A stretch of DNA of 25,357 bases, taken from assembly GCA_019058015.1 (NCBI GenBank), contig JAHLWH010000173.1:1-25357 (forward strand), given 5' to 3'. Source of the DNA: Promethearchaeota archaeon (lineage in GTDB: Archaea > Asgardarchaeota > Lokiarchaeia > Sigyniarchaeales > SOKP01). The notes below the pieces were generated by a model. The model saw only the letters and a program-made list of their open reading frames with translations, did not search any database and was not told where the DNA came from. The translations under genes and the position numbers were made by a program. Below, one piece after another: positions 1 to 9,530 of the stretch (positions are counted from its first letter, which is position 1; each line of letters starts with the position of its first letter).

Positions 1-218
1 GCATAAAGTGCGGTAAATGTGCAAAAGCTTGTTCTGTTCAAATTATTAAATTAATCCCCTATCCTAAGAAATTCGGATATTGTATTAAATGTTATAATTG
101 TGTGTGGTTTTGCCCCGTAGATGCCGTTAAATCTCGAACATTTTGGATTTTTCATTTTTTTCATGAATTTCTGGGATATATTTATCACGAGATTCCAGAA
201 ACTAAGATATATGTATAA
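1..218 (+). CDS. 3' end of a 2x[4Fe-4S] ferredoxin-domain protein (possibly EFR1-type flavodoxin-ferredoxin), partial at window edge
   Basis: Not in the ORF track. The frame starting at nt 3 reads (C)IKCGKCAKACSVQIIKLIPYPKKFGYCIKCYNCVWFCPVDAVKSRTFWIFHFFHEFLGYIYHEIPETKIYV, with TAA at 216-218. It contains two CxxCxxCxxxC motifs. Confidence 0.85.
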   Translation, partial: IKCGKCAKACSVQIIKLIPYPKKFGYCIKCYNCVWFCPVDAVKSRTFWIFHFFHEFLGYIYHEIPETKIYV

Positions 219-445
219 ACATCGCATATTCATTCAAATCTAGATGTTTTTAAAAAAATCTGCAAAATTTTATTTTCATTTTTTTAATCTAATCATTTTA
301 TTTAAAGCAACTTGGCTCTAATATGATTTCTTTTTAAATGTGCTATTTTTTAAATCAATTGGAAAAAATAGACAACTTAAAGATAATAAGACGAAAAATT
401 TTAATAAAAAAAAATTAAAAATAAAATTTTATAGAGGAATCATCA

Positions 446-766
446 TTAGGGTGCCGTTAATCCAATTAATGGCATAGATTCAACTAGATCATAAGCTATA
501 TTGATTTGATAGCGAAATCCTTCGATGGCTGACACCATTAGCAGGCGATTATGTGCCATATCCATAGCTTCTTTAACTTTTCCTGGTTGAACAGAAGATA
601 TGGTAATACTATGCATACCCTCTTGAACTGCCCATACCGCTGAGCGTACAACCGGCTTAGATATGGTTCTATCGTCAGGATATTTTTGCATTACTTCGAG
701 ATATATTTTTCCGATTTCCTCTGATTTATTTGGAGGTCACCAATGTTCTGTTATAATTAATACCAA
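446..766 (-). pseudogene. Small uncharacterised protein (~106 aa) interrupted by an in-frame TGA at codon 10
   Basis: The track ORF (ATG 691) extends in frame to TTG at 766: MVLIITEHW*PPNKSEEIGKIYLEV-MQKYPDD... The TGA is at 737-739. A purine-rich AGGAATTGAGAAAG directly precedes the TTG. Confidence 0.6.
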
Positions 767-857
767 CTTTCTCAATTCCTTAATTTTTTTTTAAAAATCT
801 GGATTACAATGGTGATTACAAAATATTCTAATTAAATATTTATATTTTACTTAAGTT

Positions 858-1055
858 TTGTATTTTTTTATAAAGTTTATGCGTAATAAAAATATTAAAG
901 TTAAAATTGAGCATGGGCATGCTTCCCAGAGATCAGAGGATTATTCTTCGACAGCGTATTGGTACCAAACAGAACCTCACAAGAAATTTAAATCACTTTT
1001 ACCGGTGGAAGAAAGATTGCCCAGAGAAGAACCAAAAGAGATAAATAGTGCATAA
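858..1055 (+). pseudogene. C-terminal remnant of a DUF2961/GH172-family glycoside hydrolase
   Basis: IKVKIEHGHASQRSEDYSSTAYWYQTEPH..LPVEERLPR matches the typical DUF2961 C-terminus (IEHGHAN..SDDxSSxAYWYQ). Only ~55 aa are present and no upstream coding region exists. Confidence 0.75.
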
Positions 1056-1078
1056 TAAATAAAAAAGGAAGAAATTTT

Positions 1079-2470
1079 TTAATTTTTAAGAGCAGAAGTG
1101 AGTCGTTCCCTTTTTTGCTGATGAATTTCTTCTAATCTTACTTGAAGATCTTTTAATCTATCTCCATATAATGGATAAAAATATATAACAATTAAGCTGA
1201 TTAATGAAGCAATAGCCGGAACTAAAAGAAACAGTATTTTAATTCCAAATAATGCTTCAGGGGTCTGAATTATTTCATCTTGTGCATAACCATAGGTAGT
1301 TAAAATTATTGTAGCAATTATTGGTCCAACACTTTGTGCTGGCTTAGTAAAAAAAGCATTCATACCAAGAAACATCCCTTCTCTGCGAGTACCTTGATTT
1401 ACTTCATCTTCATCCATGCTAAGACTCATGATCGGTACAGTAAACACACCATATCCTCCAAAAAACGTTGTCCAGATAAAACCGAACCATATTAATGATT
1501 CTGTTATCGGATTTAAAATTAAAATAAATGTAATAAAAGCTCCTATAACTTTTAATATTCCAAATCGCAAAATAATTTTTTTCATGCTCCATTTAGATCT
1601 TAATTTCATACAAAGATAATTTGAACCATAGCCAATAAATAGAAAAACGCAAAAAAATAAAGCTATTGCTAAACCTGGATCAATACCAAGTATAAAAATA
1701 TATGTAAAAAGGTAACTAAATCCAATAGAGCTATTAAATACACTGCAAAAATTATATCCGATAAAAACCAAGAATGATTTTAATTTAAGTGTTTCCTTGA
1801 TGGATTTCCATAGAGGAAAAACTTCGTCTTTTTGAAATTCTGGCTTTTCTTCAGACGTTTTTACAACAATCCAATAACAAATAATTGAAACAATTGCAAT
1901 AATTGTATTTAAGATTTGAAACCATGGAAATCCTGCTGCTTTAAAAATTGGCAAAATGAAAAAAAAAGGTAATACGCCAATTACAGCCCAAATTAAAACA
2001 AAAAAATTAATTTTATTACGTTCATCGATATCAGTGGTAATTTCCGGCATAAGAGCCATCCAACAGAGAACTACGAGGGTTAACATCGTATCATATGCAC
2101 AAATACTCACTACAAAATGAATGAAAAGTAATATCTGATTTTCAGGACCTACAAATGGAAAAAATGTAAATATAAGAGTTAGCCCCCAGATTGGAGCCCC
2201 CCATTTAATATAAGGTAATCTTCGACCTCCCCACTTTTTTCGATCTGTTCGGTCAGAAAGTTGACCAAGTAGAGGATCGTTAATTGCATTAACAATAGCA
2301 TATATTATTTGACCAACGATAAAATATATGGGTAATAGTTGTAAATCATCAAAGAAAAATTCAACATAATATAATGTGAAAACAAACCCAAGTAATGCCA
2401 TAGGAATGCCACCAAATGAATATCCTAACATTTGTTTATAGGTGAGTTTCTCGGATTTGTTATTCTCCAT
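1079..2470 (-). CDS. MFS transporter, glycoside-pentoside-hexuronide (MelB/GPH, MFS_2) family
   Basis: About 12 hydrophobic segments. GPH motifs: NAINDPLLGQLSDRT..WGGRRLPY, MPEITTDIDER and DEDE...GTRREGMF. Confidence 0.9.
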   Translation of the reverse strand: MENNKSEKLTYKQMLGYSFGGIPMALLGFVFTLYYVEFFFDDLQLLPIYFIVGQIIYAIVNAINDPLLGQLSDRTDRKKWGGRRLPYIKWGAPIWGLTLIFTFFPFVGPENQILLFIHFVVSICAYDTMLTLVVLCWMALMPEITTDIDERNKINFFVLIWAVIGVLPFFFILPIFKAAGFPWFQILNTIIAIVSIICYWIVVKTSEEKPEFQKDEVFPLWKSIKETLKLKSFLVFIGYNFCSVFNSSIGFSYLFTYIFILGIDPGLAIALFFCVFLFIGYGSNYLCMKLRSKWSMKKIILRFGILKVIGAFITFILILNPITESLIWFGFIWTTFFGGYGVFTVPIMSLSMDEDEVNQGTRREGMFLGMNAFFTKPAQSVGPIIATIILTTYGYAQDEIIQTPEALFGIKILFLLVPAIASLISLIVIYFYPLYGDRLKDLQVRLEEIHQQKRERLTSALKN

Positions 2471-2569
2471 TAATTATCATTTATTTATTTTTTAAATTAA
2501 TATTTCTTATTTCATTTTGAACTATTTAATAATTATCAAGGAAAAAAATTTTTAAAAAAATTCTAAATA

Positions 2570-4519
2570 TTAGTTTTCAATTAATATTTTTTTGCGTTTT
2601 CGAATAATCTTAAAAATTATCAACAACCCCACCGGGGCACTGCATGCAATAATTATTATAATTATAATAGACACAATAACTGGGTTTTCAACACCTGCTT
2701 TTAATGAATCAATTTCAACAGAACTTAATTGAACTAAAACATTTTCATTGTATATTAAACTCACTTCAGTTGGATTAGGTGTCATTGGTATGGAAAAAGT
2801 CGTAGTACTATTTATCCAAACATTTTCATTGAATAAAATTTGTCCATTTGCGTCAAATACCTGAAGTGGAATTTGTTGAGAATAAGGATAGTTATTATTT
2901 ACTTCATTGAGATCTTCGACAGTAATATATAAAATGCTCTGATACAAATCGTAAATAACACTCGTAAAAACATAGCTGGGAAGATATGGATTATCAAACC
3001 AAGGCAAAAAGAACCAATCCAATGATGTCCCAATGATATCCTCAAAACACTGCTGTAAATCTGATAATAAAGCAATTTTATATTGATATCGCTCAAAATA
3101 GAGTTTTAATCCTGAGAAAAAATTCACATCACCGATACTATTACGAAATTTTTCTAAAATCAAGGGAGCTTTTTTATATGCAATATACCAATAAATTGTA
3201 TAACACTCATATATCGATTGGTTTATCCTATTTGGGAGTACTTCTTCTTCGTAATATGTCCTCACTTCGTCGATATATAGTTCATGTTGAAAATATTTCC
3301 AATCAGAATGATATATCTCAGCATAATAATCTGTAGACCAACATGCGAGCATTTCATCTAAAAAGCCCCAATCTACTTCATCATTTCCCACAAGATTATA
3401 CCACCATTGATGACTAGTCTCATGTGCGATAATTTTCTCGAGAAACCATTGGGGATAATCCCAATAATCAATAGATTCTGTTATATAAACTTGATTTGGA
3501 TACTCCATACCGCCATAATATGTGTATTCCTCAACAATGTTAAATGTGGGATAAGGATATATGCCAAAGGTTTCATTATATAAGGTAAAAGCATTAACAC
3601 CATAATTTAAAGCATTATCTTCCCAAATAGGTTTGGATTTTGGCAAGTAATAAGTCGAAATATTGACACCATTTACTACCTTAGAATCAACCTTAAACCA
3701 TTTTGAAGTTGAAAATGTGACCTCTCGAACAGGATAAATTGTATCAAAATGATAAATTGTATAGTTGCTATTATTTATTCTTTCAGTTAAATTTCCTGTT
3801 GCTGCAACGACCATTTCATTAGGGACTTCAACAAATAAATGATAGTAAGCCATATCAAAATAGAATGGATCTCCTACCTCTAAATATGGATCTATATTCC
3901 AACCATCAAACTTATCATAAACACACGGCATGGGATAAAAACTTGAAAATTTATAAATTCGAGATTGGTTGGAATCTTCTCCGTGTGAATTTGCTCTATC
4001 AATACCTCCATCTGGTAGAATAGCATTAAATTTAATAATGAATGAAACCCGCTGAAATGATTCTAAAGTGGTGTCTAAAGTCACCCACATAATTTGATTT
4101 TTTGAATCTACTTCAAATGTGAAAGCGACATCGGGGTTATCTGCTTTTGCCACATTTAGAATTTCAATATTACCTCTTCTACTTTCAAACTCCATACCGG
4201 ATAAATAGAGATGAAAGGGAAGTTTAGCAAAACTTACGGGATCATTATTATAAAAATCAACACTCAAATTTCCTTGAATAATTGAAGTGGCCTCATCCAA
4301 TATAACAGATAGATTATAACTTGAGAAATTTCCCTCAATTGAAGCCATTTTGGGTAACTTAAAATTCTCTGTAGGAACACTTTCAGAAATTAGAATTTTC
4401 TCTTGTGAGGAATCAGAAAAATTAGGAAGGCAAATCATATAAAAAACACTGTAAATACTGAAAGAAGTAATTAAGATTATTAAAAACAATCGATATGCAT
4501 TCTTCATTTTAAGTATCAT
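2570..4519 (-). CDS. Membrane-anchored M1 family zinc aminopeptidase
   Basis: GGMEY exopeptidase motif and HETSH-x18-E zinc motif, with an N-terminal hydrophobic anchor and a C-terminal TM helix plus basic tail. The likely start is ATG 4519 or 4507, because the track start at 4690 overlaps the upstream gene. Confidence 0.88.
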   Translation of the reverse strand: MILKMKNAYRLFLIILITSFSIYSVFYMICLPNFSDSSQEKILISESVPTENFKLPKMASIEGNFSSYNLSVILDEATSIIQGNLSVDFYNNDPVSFAKLPFHLYLSGMEFESRRGNIEILNVAKADNPDVAFTFEVDSKNQIMWVTLDTTLESFQRVSFIIKFNAILPDGGIDRANSHGEDSNQSRIYKFSSFYPMPCVYDKFDGWNIDPYLEVGDPFYFDMAYYHLFVEVPNEMVVAATGNLTERINNSNYTIYHFDTIYPVREVTFSTSKWFKVDSKVVNGVNISTYYLPKSKPIWEDNALNYGVNAFTLYNETFGIYPYPTFNIVEEYTYYGGMEYPNQVYITESIDYWDYPQWFLEKIIAHETSHQWWYNLVGNDEVDWGFLDEMLACWSTDYYAEIYHSDWKYFQHELYIDEVRTYYEEEVLPNRINQSIYECYTIYWYIAYKKAPLILEKFRNSIGDVNFFSGLKLYFERYQYKIALLSDLQQCFEDIIGTSLDWFFLPWFDNPYLPSYVFTSVIYDLYQSILYITVEDLNEVNNNYPYSQQIPLQVFDANGQILFNENVWINSTTTFSIPMTPNPTEVSLIYNENVLVQLSSVEIDSLKAGVENPVIVSIIIIIIIACSAPVGLLIIFKIIRKRKKILIEN

Positions 4520-4577
4520 AACTATAAGGTACCCAATATTTATTAACTTTATTTTATCTTTTTTAATTAACCTTGGT

Positions 4578-5417
4578 TCAGACTCTTTTTTTATATTCTT
4601 CCAATAACTGATCTGGAGAAATATATCCACGAATATTTTTGGGACCTTTAAAGTATATTGCCTTAGGCAGTAATTTAAGAAAAAGAGCATTTGTAGGACA
4701 ATTTCGCATGCATCGAAAACAGAACATACATCTATTATGGTTAATGATGGGTCTCTCTTGAAAATTTATAGCTTTAGTAGGGCATTCTTTCTCACATGTT
4801 TTACATTTAATACATTTTTCTGAGTTAAATCCAAATAAGCGACTAAAAATGTTATAAAAAGGTCTTTCTAATACTTTAAAATAAGCACCAATTACTCTAC
4901 TAAATGGCAAAGGTGTTAATGACCAATCCAAGACACCTTTTCCCATTCTAATTATTTTACCAAGTATAATACCAAATTGAAAAGATCTTTCAATATTTCT
5001 TCTTGACCACTTAACATATTTAAATAAATTAGTGTCAAATACTGAATCCCTTGTTGGAACTACTATTTCAATTGCTCCTATAAATTCAAAATTTTTTTGT
5101 TCTAGTATTTTCCTTATATTTTTAATTGATGGTCCAGGAAATCCAGCATTCGTATCGAATAAAAAGAATTTTATTTTTCTATTGACCCTTGGAATTTTTT
5201 TAACCCAATCTCTTATATTAGGAGTGAGAGACATGGCATAAACTGGGGCGCCAATTCCAAATGCCTTAAAAGTATTAAAATCTAAACTCTTTTCCTCTAA
5301 AGAATTAAATGGAATTAATTCAGTTTCAAAATTCGCGAATTTTAACCCTTCACTAATTAATTGAGCTATGTATTCTGTATTACCAGAAGATGAGAAATAT
5401 ACAATTGGAATTTTCAT
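4578..5417 (-). CDS. EFR1-type flavodoxin-ferredoxin fusion protein
   Basis: N-terminal flavodoxin motif YFSSSGNT...GAPVY. C-terminal CIKCKTCEKECP and CMFCFRCMRNCP motifs. Confidence 0.88.
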   Translation of the reverse strand: MKIPIVYFSSSGNTEYIAQLISEGLKFANFETELIPFNSLEEKSLDFNTFKAFGIGAPVYAMSLTPNIRDWVKKIPRVNRKIKFFLFDTNAGFPGPSIKNIRKILEQKNFEFIGAIEIVVPTRDSVFDTNLFKYVKWSRRNIERSFQFGIILGKIIRMGKGVLDWSLTPLPFSRVIGAYFKVLERPFYNIFSRLFGFNSEKCIKCKTCEKECPTKAINFQERPIINHNRCMFCFRCMRNCPTNALFLKLLPKAIYFKGPKNIRGYISPDQLLEEYKKRV

Positions 5418-5495
5418 TATTTTCTAATTATTTCATAGTTTGTAGTAAAAAAAAATTTGGCGATTTAACAATATTCGCCTATATAGAATTTTTTT

Positions 5496-6152
5496 TTAAT
5501 ATACCCAACCAAGGAATCCGAGACATATTATATTAGCCAAAATAGCAAATCCATAAATGATTCCCAAAACCTTGAGTTTATTCTTATTATCTCTCATGTC
5601 ATGTACCAAAAATGTAACAACATAGAAGTGAAAGTATCCAAGAAAGAAAATCAACCAAATCCCAGTGAAAGAGGCGTTCCAAAAGGGATATTCCCAAACT
5701 AAAAGTCCTCCAATATTCAAAAGAACTTCTATGAAAACACAAAAAGCTGAAAACCCTATAGCTAAGGCCCAGCGATTTGGAATTCCCAAAATTTTTGCAT
5801 TTTTATCTTCTGGAAGTGCATTTGCGAAAACGATGCCTGCTATTAAGAACATGAAAACAATTTCAACGTTCCAACCCATCATTATCCGCAATGCGGTTTC
5901 CCCTGGTGTAGTCCAAAACGCTGAATGTTGTGTAAGATGATATACCCAACCATTCCAAGTTTCATTGATAAAATCCATGCCAAAAAGAGCCAGACCAGAA
6001 TAAACAACATTCCAATTACCAGATTCACGTGCTTTCTTGATCTCGATAGTATAGATATATAAAACAATCGCAAGGAGGGGGATTACATACCATTTAAGCG
6101 TTGAAAGATCTCTAAGCCCCTCCAACGCCTGTAGTGAAGCTTCTGTACTCAT
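5496..6152 (-). CDS. Uncharacterised integral membrane protein (~6 TM)
   Basis: Long ORF with alternating hydrophobic helices and polar motifs (GMDFINETWNG, GWNVEI). Start at ATG 6152 or 6161. Confidence 0.8.
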   Translation of the reverse strand: MSTEASLQALEGLRDLSTLKWYVIPLLAIVLYIYTIEIKKARESGNWNVVYSGLALFGMDFINETWNGWVYHLTQHSAFWTTPGETALRIMMGWNVEIVFMFLIAGIVFANALPEDKNAKILGIPNRWALAIGFSAFCVFIEVLLNIGGLLVWEYPFWNASFTGIWLIFFLGYFHFYVVTFLVHDMRDNKNKLKVLGIIYGFAILANIICLGFLGWVY

Positions 6153-6352
6153 ATTTATCAAAACCCCTAATTTTTATTTAATAAATAATTTGTCTTAACA
6201 ATTTATTTTATTTGAATTTTTCATTATTACTATATTAATTTTCACTTATTATTACTGAATTTTCCACCCCTCCAATTTTTTATTTTTATATATACAATCT
6301 AAAAATAGTATAAATAAACATAAAATCAAATTTAATTAAGGTATAGGAAATA

Positions 6353-6645
6353 ATGAAAGAAAAAAAAGCTCCAAAATTAAAGAGGAATTAGATAAGAGAG
6401 GCATATCTGTTGAAGATTTACGTCAGTTTGAGGCATACGGAACAGCAACGATTTTCAAAGAAGATTTGGACATAGATGAGATTGTAGAATGGATCCTCAG
6501 TGGAAGGATTAATTATTACCAATTACCTAATGATGAATTTATAGAAGAAGTAGAAAGGAATTATTGTGAAAGTGGAAGTGAAGAATGGTTTTATAATACA
6601 TATTTAAATGATTTAGAGAAAATAGTAAAAGAACAAGGAAATTAA
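6353..6645 (+). CDS. Acidic hypothetical protein (~97 aa) with a -1 frameshift in an A8 tract
   Basis: Not in the track. The ATG at 6353 gives MKEKKAPKLKRN*. The -1 frame is open from 6340 to TAA 6643-6645 (SSKIKEELDKRGISVEDLRQFEAYGTATIFKEDLDIDEIVEWILSG...KEQGN) and has no ATG near its 5' end. The two frames join in A8 at 6360-6367. Confidence 0.6.
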
Positions 6646-6705
6646 TTTTTTATAAATATTAATTAAAAAATTAGCGAATTCTACATTAGTGTAGATTAAT
6701 ATTTA

Positions 6706-7029
6706 TTATGCAATTAATTTGCATAATTTATTTTTTAATTCTTTTTTTTCAGTTAAAGGAAGATTTTTTGAATCTTTTCCCATTGTATCGTAATAATCGA
6801 GAGGTATATTTTCTGAAAGTGAAAGAATTAGAATTATTGCATTTTGAATTAAATTCTTAATCTCAATTAAATTACTTGATTTTTCTTTCTTCTTAAATAA
6901 TTTCATAAGTTCAATTATCATTGATTCCTTCCATCTCTCTGTTTCTTCTGCGTTTCTATTTTTCGAAGAAAAAAATTGAAGGATTTTATCATAATAATCA
7001 ATCTCCGAGAAATTATCAAAATCACTCAT
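6706..7029 (-). CDS. Hypothetical protein
   Basis: Open frame of 107-118 aa with host-like composition. Start at ATG 7029 (MSDFDN) or 7062. No motif recognised. Confidence 0.65.
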   Translation of the reverse strand: MSDFDNFSEIDYYDKILQFFSSKNRNAEETERWKESMIIELMKLFKKKEKSSNLIEIKNLIQNAIILILSLSENIPLDYYDTMGKDSKNLPLTEKKELKNKLCKLIA

Positions 7030-7241
7030 TTTTAATTGTATACCTCTTCTAAACCCTATCATAATTCTTCCATTTAAATTTCGATAAAAAAATATGATTT
7101 TTTTATAAAATTGGAACTATAATTTTCTATCAAAATTAATATATTCCAATTTTTGTCCTCATTTTTATAATATTTATAAAGTAGGAAGAAATATTGGACA
7201 TCCAATTTATTAAATAAGGAAAAAGAAAAGAACTTAAATAA

Positions 7242-7496
7242 TTACCAAGATATCTTTATTGCCTTTTCGGGGCATGCTTTAACACAATAGAAACAGCGTG
7301 TACAAACAGAGGGCCATACTGGTGTGATTCGCCAATGTTGTGGATTATATAGATCCTCTTCTTTATAACCTAACGCTTCGTGCATTAAAAAGACACATGG
7401 ATCACATACTTCAAGACATTTATGGCAATCTCTGGGGTCGACCTTCCCATTCTCTCCACATTTTGAATAATCAATTCTTATTTTTGTTTTACTCAT
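7242..7496 (-). CDS. Small 4Fe-4S ferredoxin
   Basis: IRIDYSKC...CHKCLEVC and CTRCFYCVKACPEKAI motifs. Begins 8 bp after the stop of the upstream Fe-S gene. Confidence 0.85.
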   Translation of the reverse strand: MSKTKIRIDYSKCGENGKVDPRDCHKCLEVCDPCVFLMHEALGYKEEDLYNPQHWRITPVWPSVCTRCFYCVKACPEKAIKISW

Positions 7497-7504
7497 ATAA
7501 TCAC

Positions 7505-8377
7505 CTAGTATTTTCCATCAAATCCTGGATATTCTTCTCGTGGAATAAGGCGAAGTGCATCATTTTTGCATGCATGACGGCATATACCGCATCCAAAACA
7601 TTTATCATAATCTATTATAACTCTATCTATTGAGGGAATATAGCGTATAGCGCTGAATTGGCACATAGATACGCATGCTTTACATCCCTCGCATTTATCT
7701 TGGTCTAATTGGATAATATATTCTGCTTTATAGACTACATTCAAATCGAAATTATTTCTAAGACGAAGCCCGCCACATTCAGGGCTTTCACACGAGCATA
7801 TAGCACATATATAGGGCACCGGCTGAAACCATACGGAAGCTATATATCCCTTTTTGTTATGCTCTTCCAATCTTTGCATAGCTTCTTCACGATCAATTCG
7901 TACTACTCTATTTTTAGGAATAAAACGGGGAAGTTTCTCTATAATCTCGGATAATATGCCAAAGTTGATACAAACTGCTTCTTTTTTTCCCCGCTGCATC
8001 CAACGGCACATACAATAGTTTTCAATTATTGGTTCGGCCGCTAGCTCAGAAAGAATTATTTTTCCATCTTCTAAGGGAATAACCTGCCCAAAATGACCAT
8101 CAGCTCTCATTGGATTTCTTTTTTTCGTCTCTTCTTTGTGAATCATCCGCTCAACTACCCAACGGATTACTCTCCCTATAATAGGCATTTTAAGTTTATA
8201 TCCCAGACCTATAGAAGAAAGTCCCATTATCTTTCTAATAAAAACCGTCTCAAAATTCATCCACTGCTCTGTTAAATAATCTTCTAAATTTAAATCCTTG
8301 GCAAGTTGATCGGAATAATTTTTGGCGTTCATATACCATTTCTTACCCGCTCCATGTTTCATACACCAATCACACAT
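7505..8377 (-). CDS. Cys-rich 4Fe-4S dicluster binding protein
   Basis: N-terminal CDWCMKHG, internal CMCR and CAICSCESPEC, and C-terminal CEGCKACVSMC and CFGCGICRHAC ferredoxin motifs. Confidence 0.85.
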   Translation of the reverse strand: MCDWCMKHGAGKKWYMNAKNYSDQLAKDLNLEDYLTEQWMNFETVFIRKIMGLSSIGLGYKLKMPIIGRVIRWVVERMIHKEETKKRNPMRADGHFGQVIPLEDGKIILSELAAEPIIENYCMCRWMQRGKKEAVCINFGILSEIIEKLPRFIPKNRVVRIDREEAMQRLEEHNKKGYIASVWFQPVPYICAICSCESPECGGLRLRNNFDLNVVYKAEYIIQLDQDKCEGCKACVSMCQFSAIRYIPSIDRVIIDYDKCFGCGICRHACKNDALRLIPREEYPGFDGKY

Positions 8378-8604
8378 ATTAAAAAAGCCTCATTTATTTA
8401 TTTGTTAAATTCTTTTTTATTATTAATTAATTTGTAATAACATCAACTTCAATCTATATAAAGATTTCTGGAACTTGAATCAATTAGAATAAATTATATC
8501 TTTAATATCTTCAAGTCTCCTATAAGTAATAAGATGTTGCATAGGAAAAGATTTTTTCTATGCTAGATTTCATGGCAATCGATAAATATGGAAGGGAAAA
8601 AAAA

Positions 8605-9525
8605 TTAATCGAATTTAACAGTGCGTAAATACTCTGCCATGCCCGTTCCAATTTCACCTGTGTCAATAGATTCCATAATAACCATCTGTTCAAATAATTC
8701 AGTATTACCTCCTGGAAACTCTCTTGCAAATCGTATGTGACTGTTTTGTTCCATTCGTTTTGATTTGATTGAATATGATTTTCCTTCGATATCTGTGATA
8801 ACATACATTGACGTAAGAGGACTTTGAAATTGATCAGCATCATTAATAGTTTTAATTTCCAGCTGAGCTAGTGGAGTATTACCTTTATCATTTGCAATAT
8901 ACCCTGAAAGGTTAACTTTTTTCTTTTCATAATCTTTTCGGAATGCGCATGACCATTTTTTGAATTGGAAATGACCGGCGAACCATTTGTCAAATTGATG
9001 CCAATCTCTATACCCCCAACTTTTATCTCGTTCACCAAAACCGCGAATCATCCTGACACTCTTATTTCTATACTTCATTTCACCTGTTACTATTCCTGAC
9101 GCTTCAAAATGTCGATGCCAAGACCCAGAGGAATCTTGTCCAAAATCAAAAGGTGAAAATCTCGTTTCAAAAGTCAAGTTAAATTCGAATTTTCTACATT
9201 TATAATCTATCTCCCATGTTTGGAGGGGTTTAATCATTTTATAGGTTAATTTATTATCTCTTAACATGATAGTAATGTCATCCACGTAATTTTCTAAAGA
9301 GGGTTCCTTGTAATAAACTTCCATTTTGTTGTCCAAGAAAAGAACAAAAACAAGTTCTCTTTTTTTATCGTTAGGTAATATTCCAATTGTAGAAAAACCT
9401 GAAATTTTGTTTTTAAAGTCCGCCCAATTGAAATAATAAGATTCTCTCCATTTTAAATCGTTATTAGGTTTGTGGAGTAGTTCAAAATCTTCTGATAATG
9501 TAAGATTCCTTTCTTTTAGAGTCAT
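8605..9525 (-). CDS. Uncharacterised beta-rich protein, AttH/CrtC/tocopherol-cyclase-like fold
   Basis: WRESYYFNW, HFEASG.VTG and GFGERDKSWGYRDW motifs resemble the AttH-like superfamily (WxExWYF; GxxDHSWG). The fold assignment is inferred. Confidence 0.6.
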   Translation of the reverse strand: MTLKERNLTLSEDFELLHKPNNDLKWRESYYFNWADFKNKISGFSTIGILPNDKKRELVFVLFLDNKMEVYYKEPSLENYVDDITIMLRDNKLTYKMIKPLQTWEIDYKCRKFEFNLTFETRFSPFDFGQDSSGSWHRHFEASGIVTGEMKYRNKSVRMIRGFGERDKSWGYRDWHQFDKWFAGHFQFKKWSCAFRKDYEKKKVNLSGYIANDKGNTPLAQLEIKTINDADQFQSPLTSMYVITDIEGKSYSIKSKRMEQNSHIRFAREFPGGNTELFEQMVIMESIDTGEIGTGMAEYLRTVKFD

Positions 9526-9530
9526 TTTAA

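Noticed and set aside
51-233. Track ORF on the minus strand (60 aa)
   Set aside because: It is the shadow of the plus-strand ferredoxin-domain CDS ending at 218, which has clear motifs.
4520-4690. N-terminal extension of the M1 peptidase in the ORF track
   Set aside because: It overlaps the upstream EFR1-type gene by more than 100 bp, and the signal-like helix begins right after ATG 4519/4507.
6677-6696. AATTCTACATTAGTGTAGAT resembles a Cas12a repeat handle
   Set aside because: It is a single copy with no spacers or cas genes. It is better explained as a small hairpin between convergent genes.
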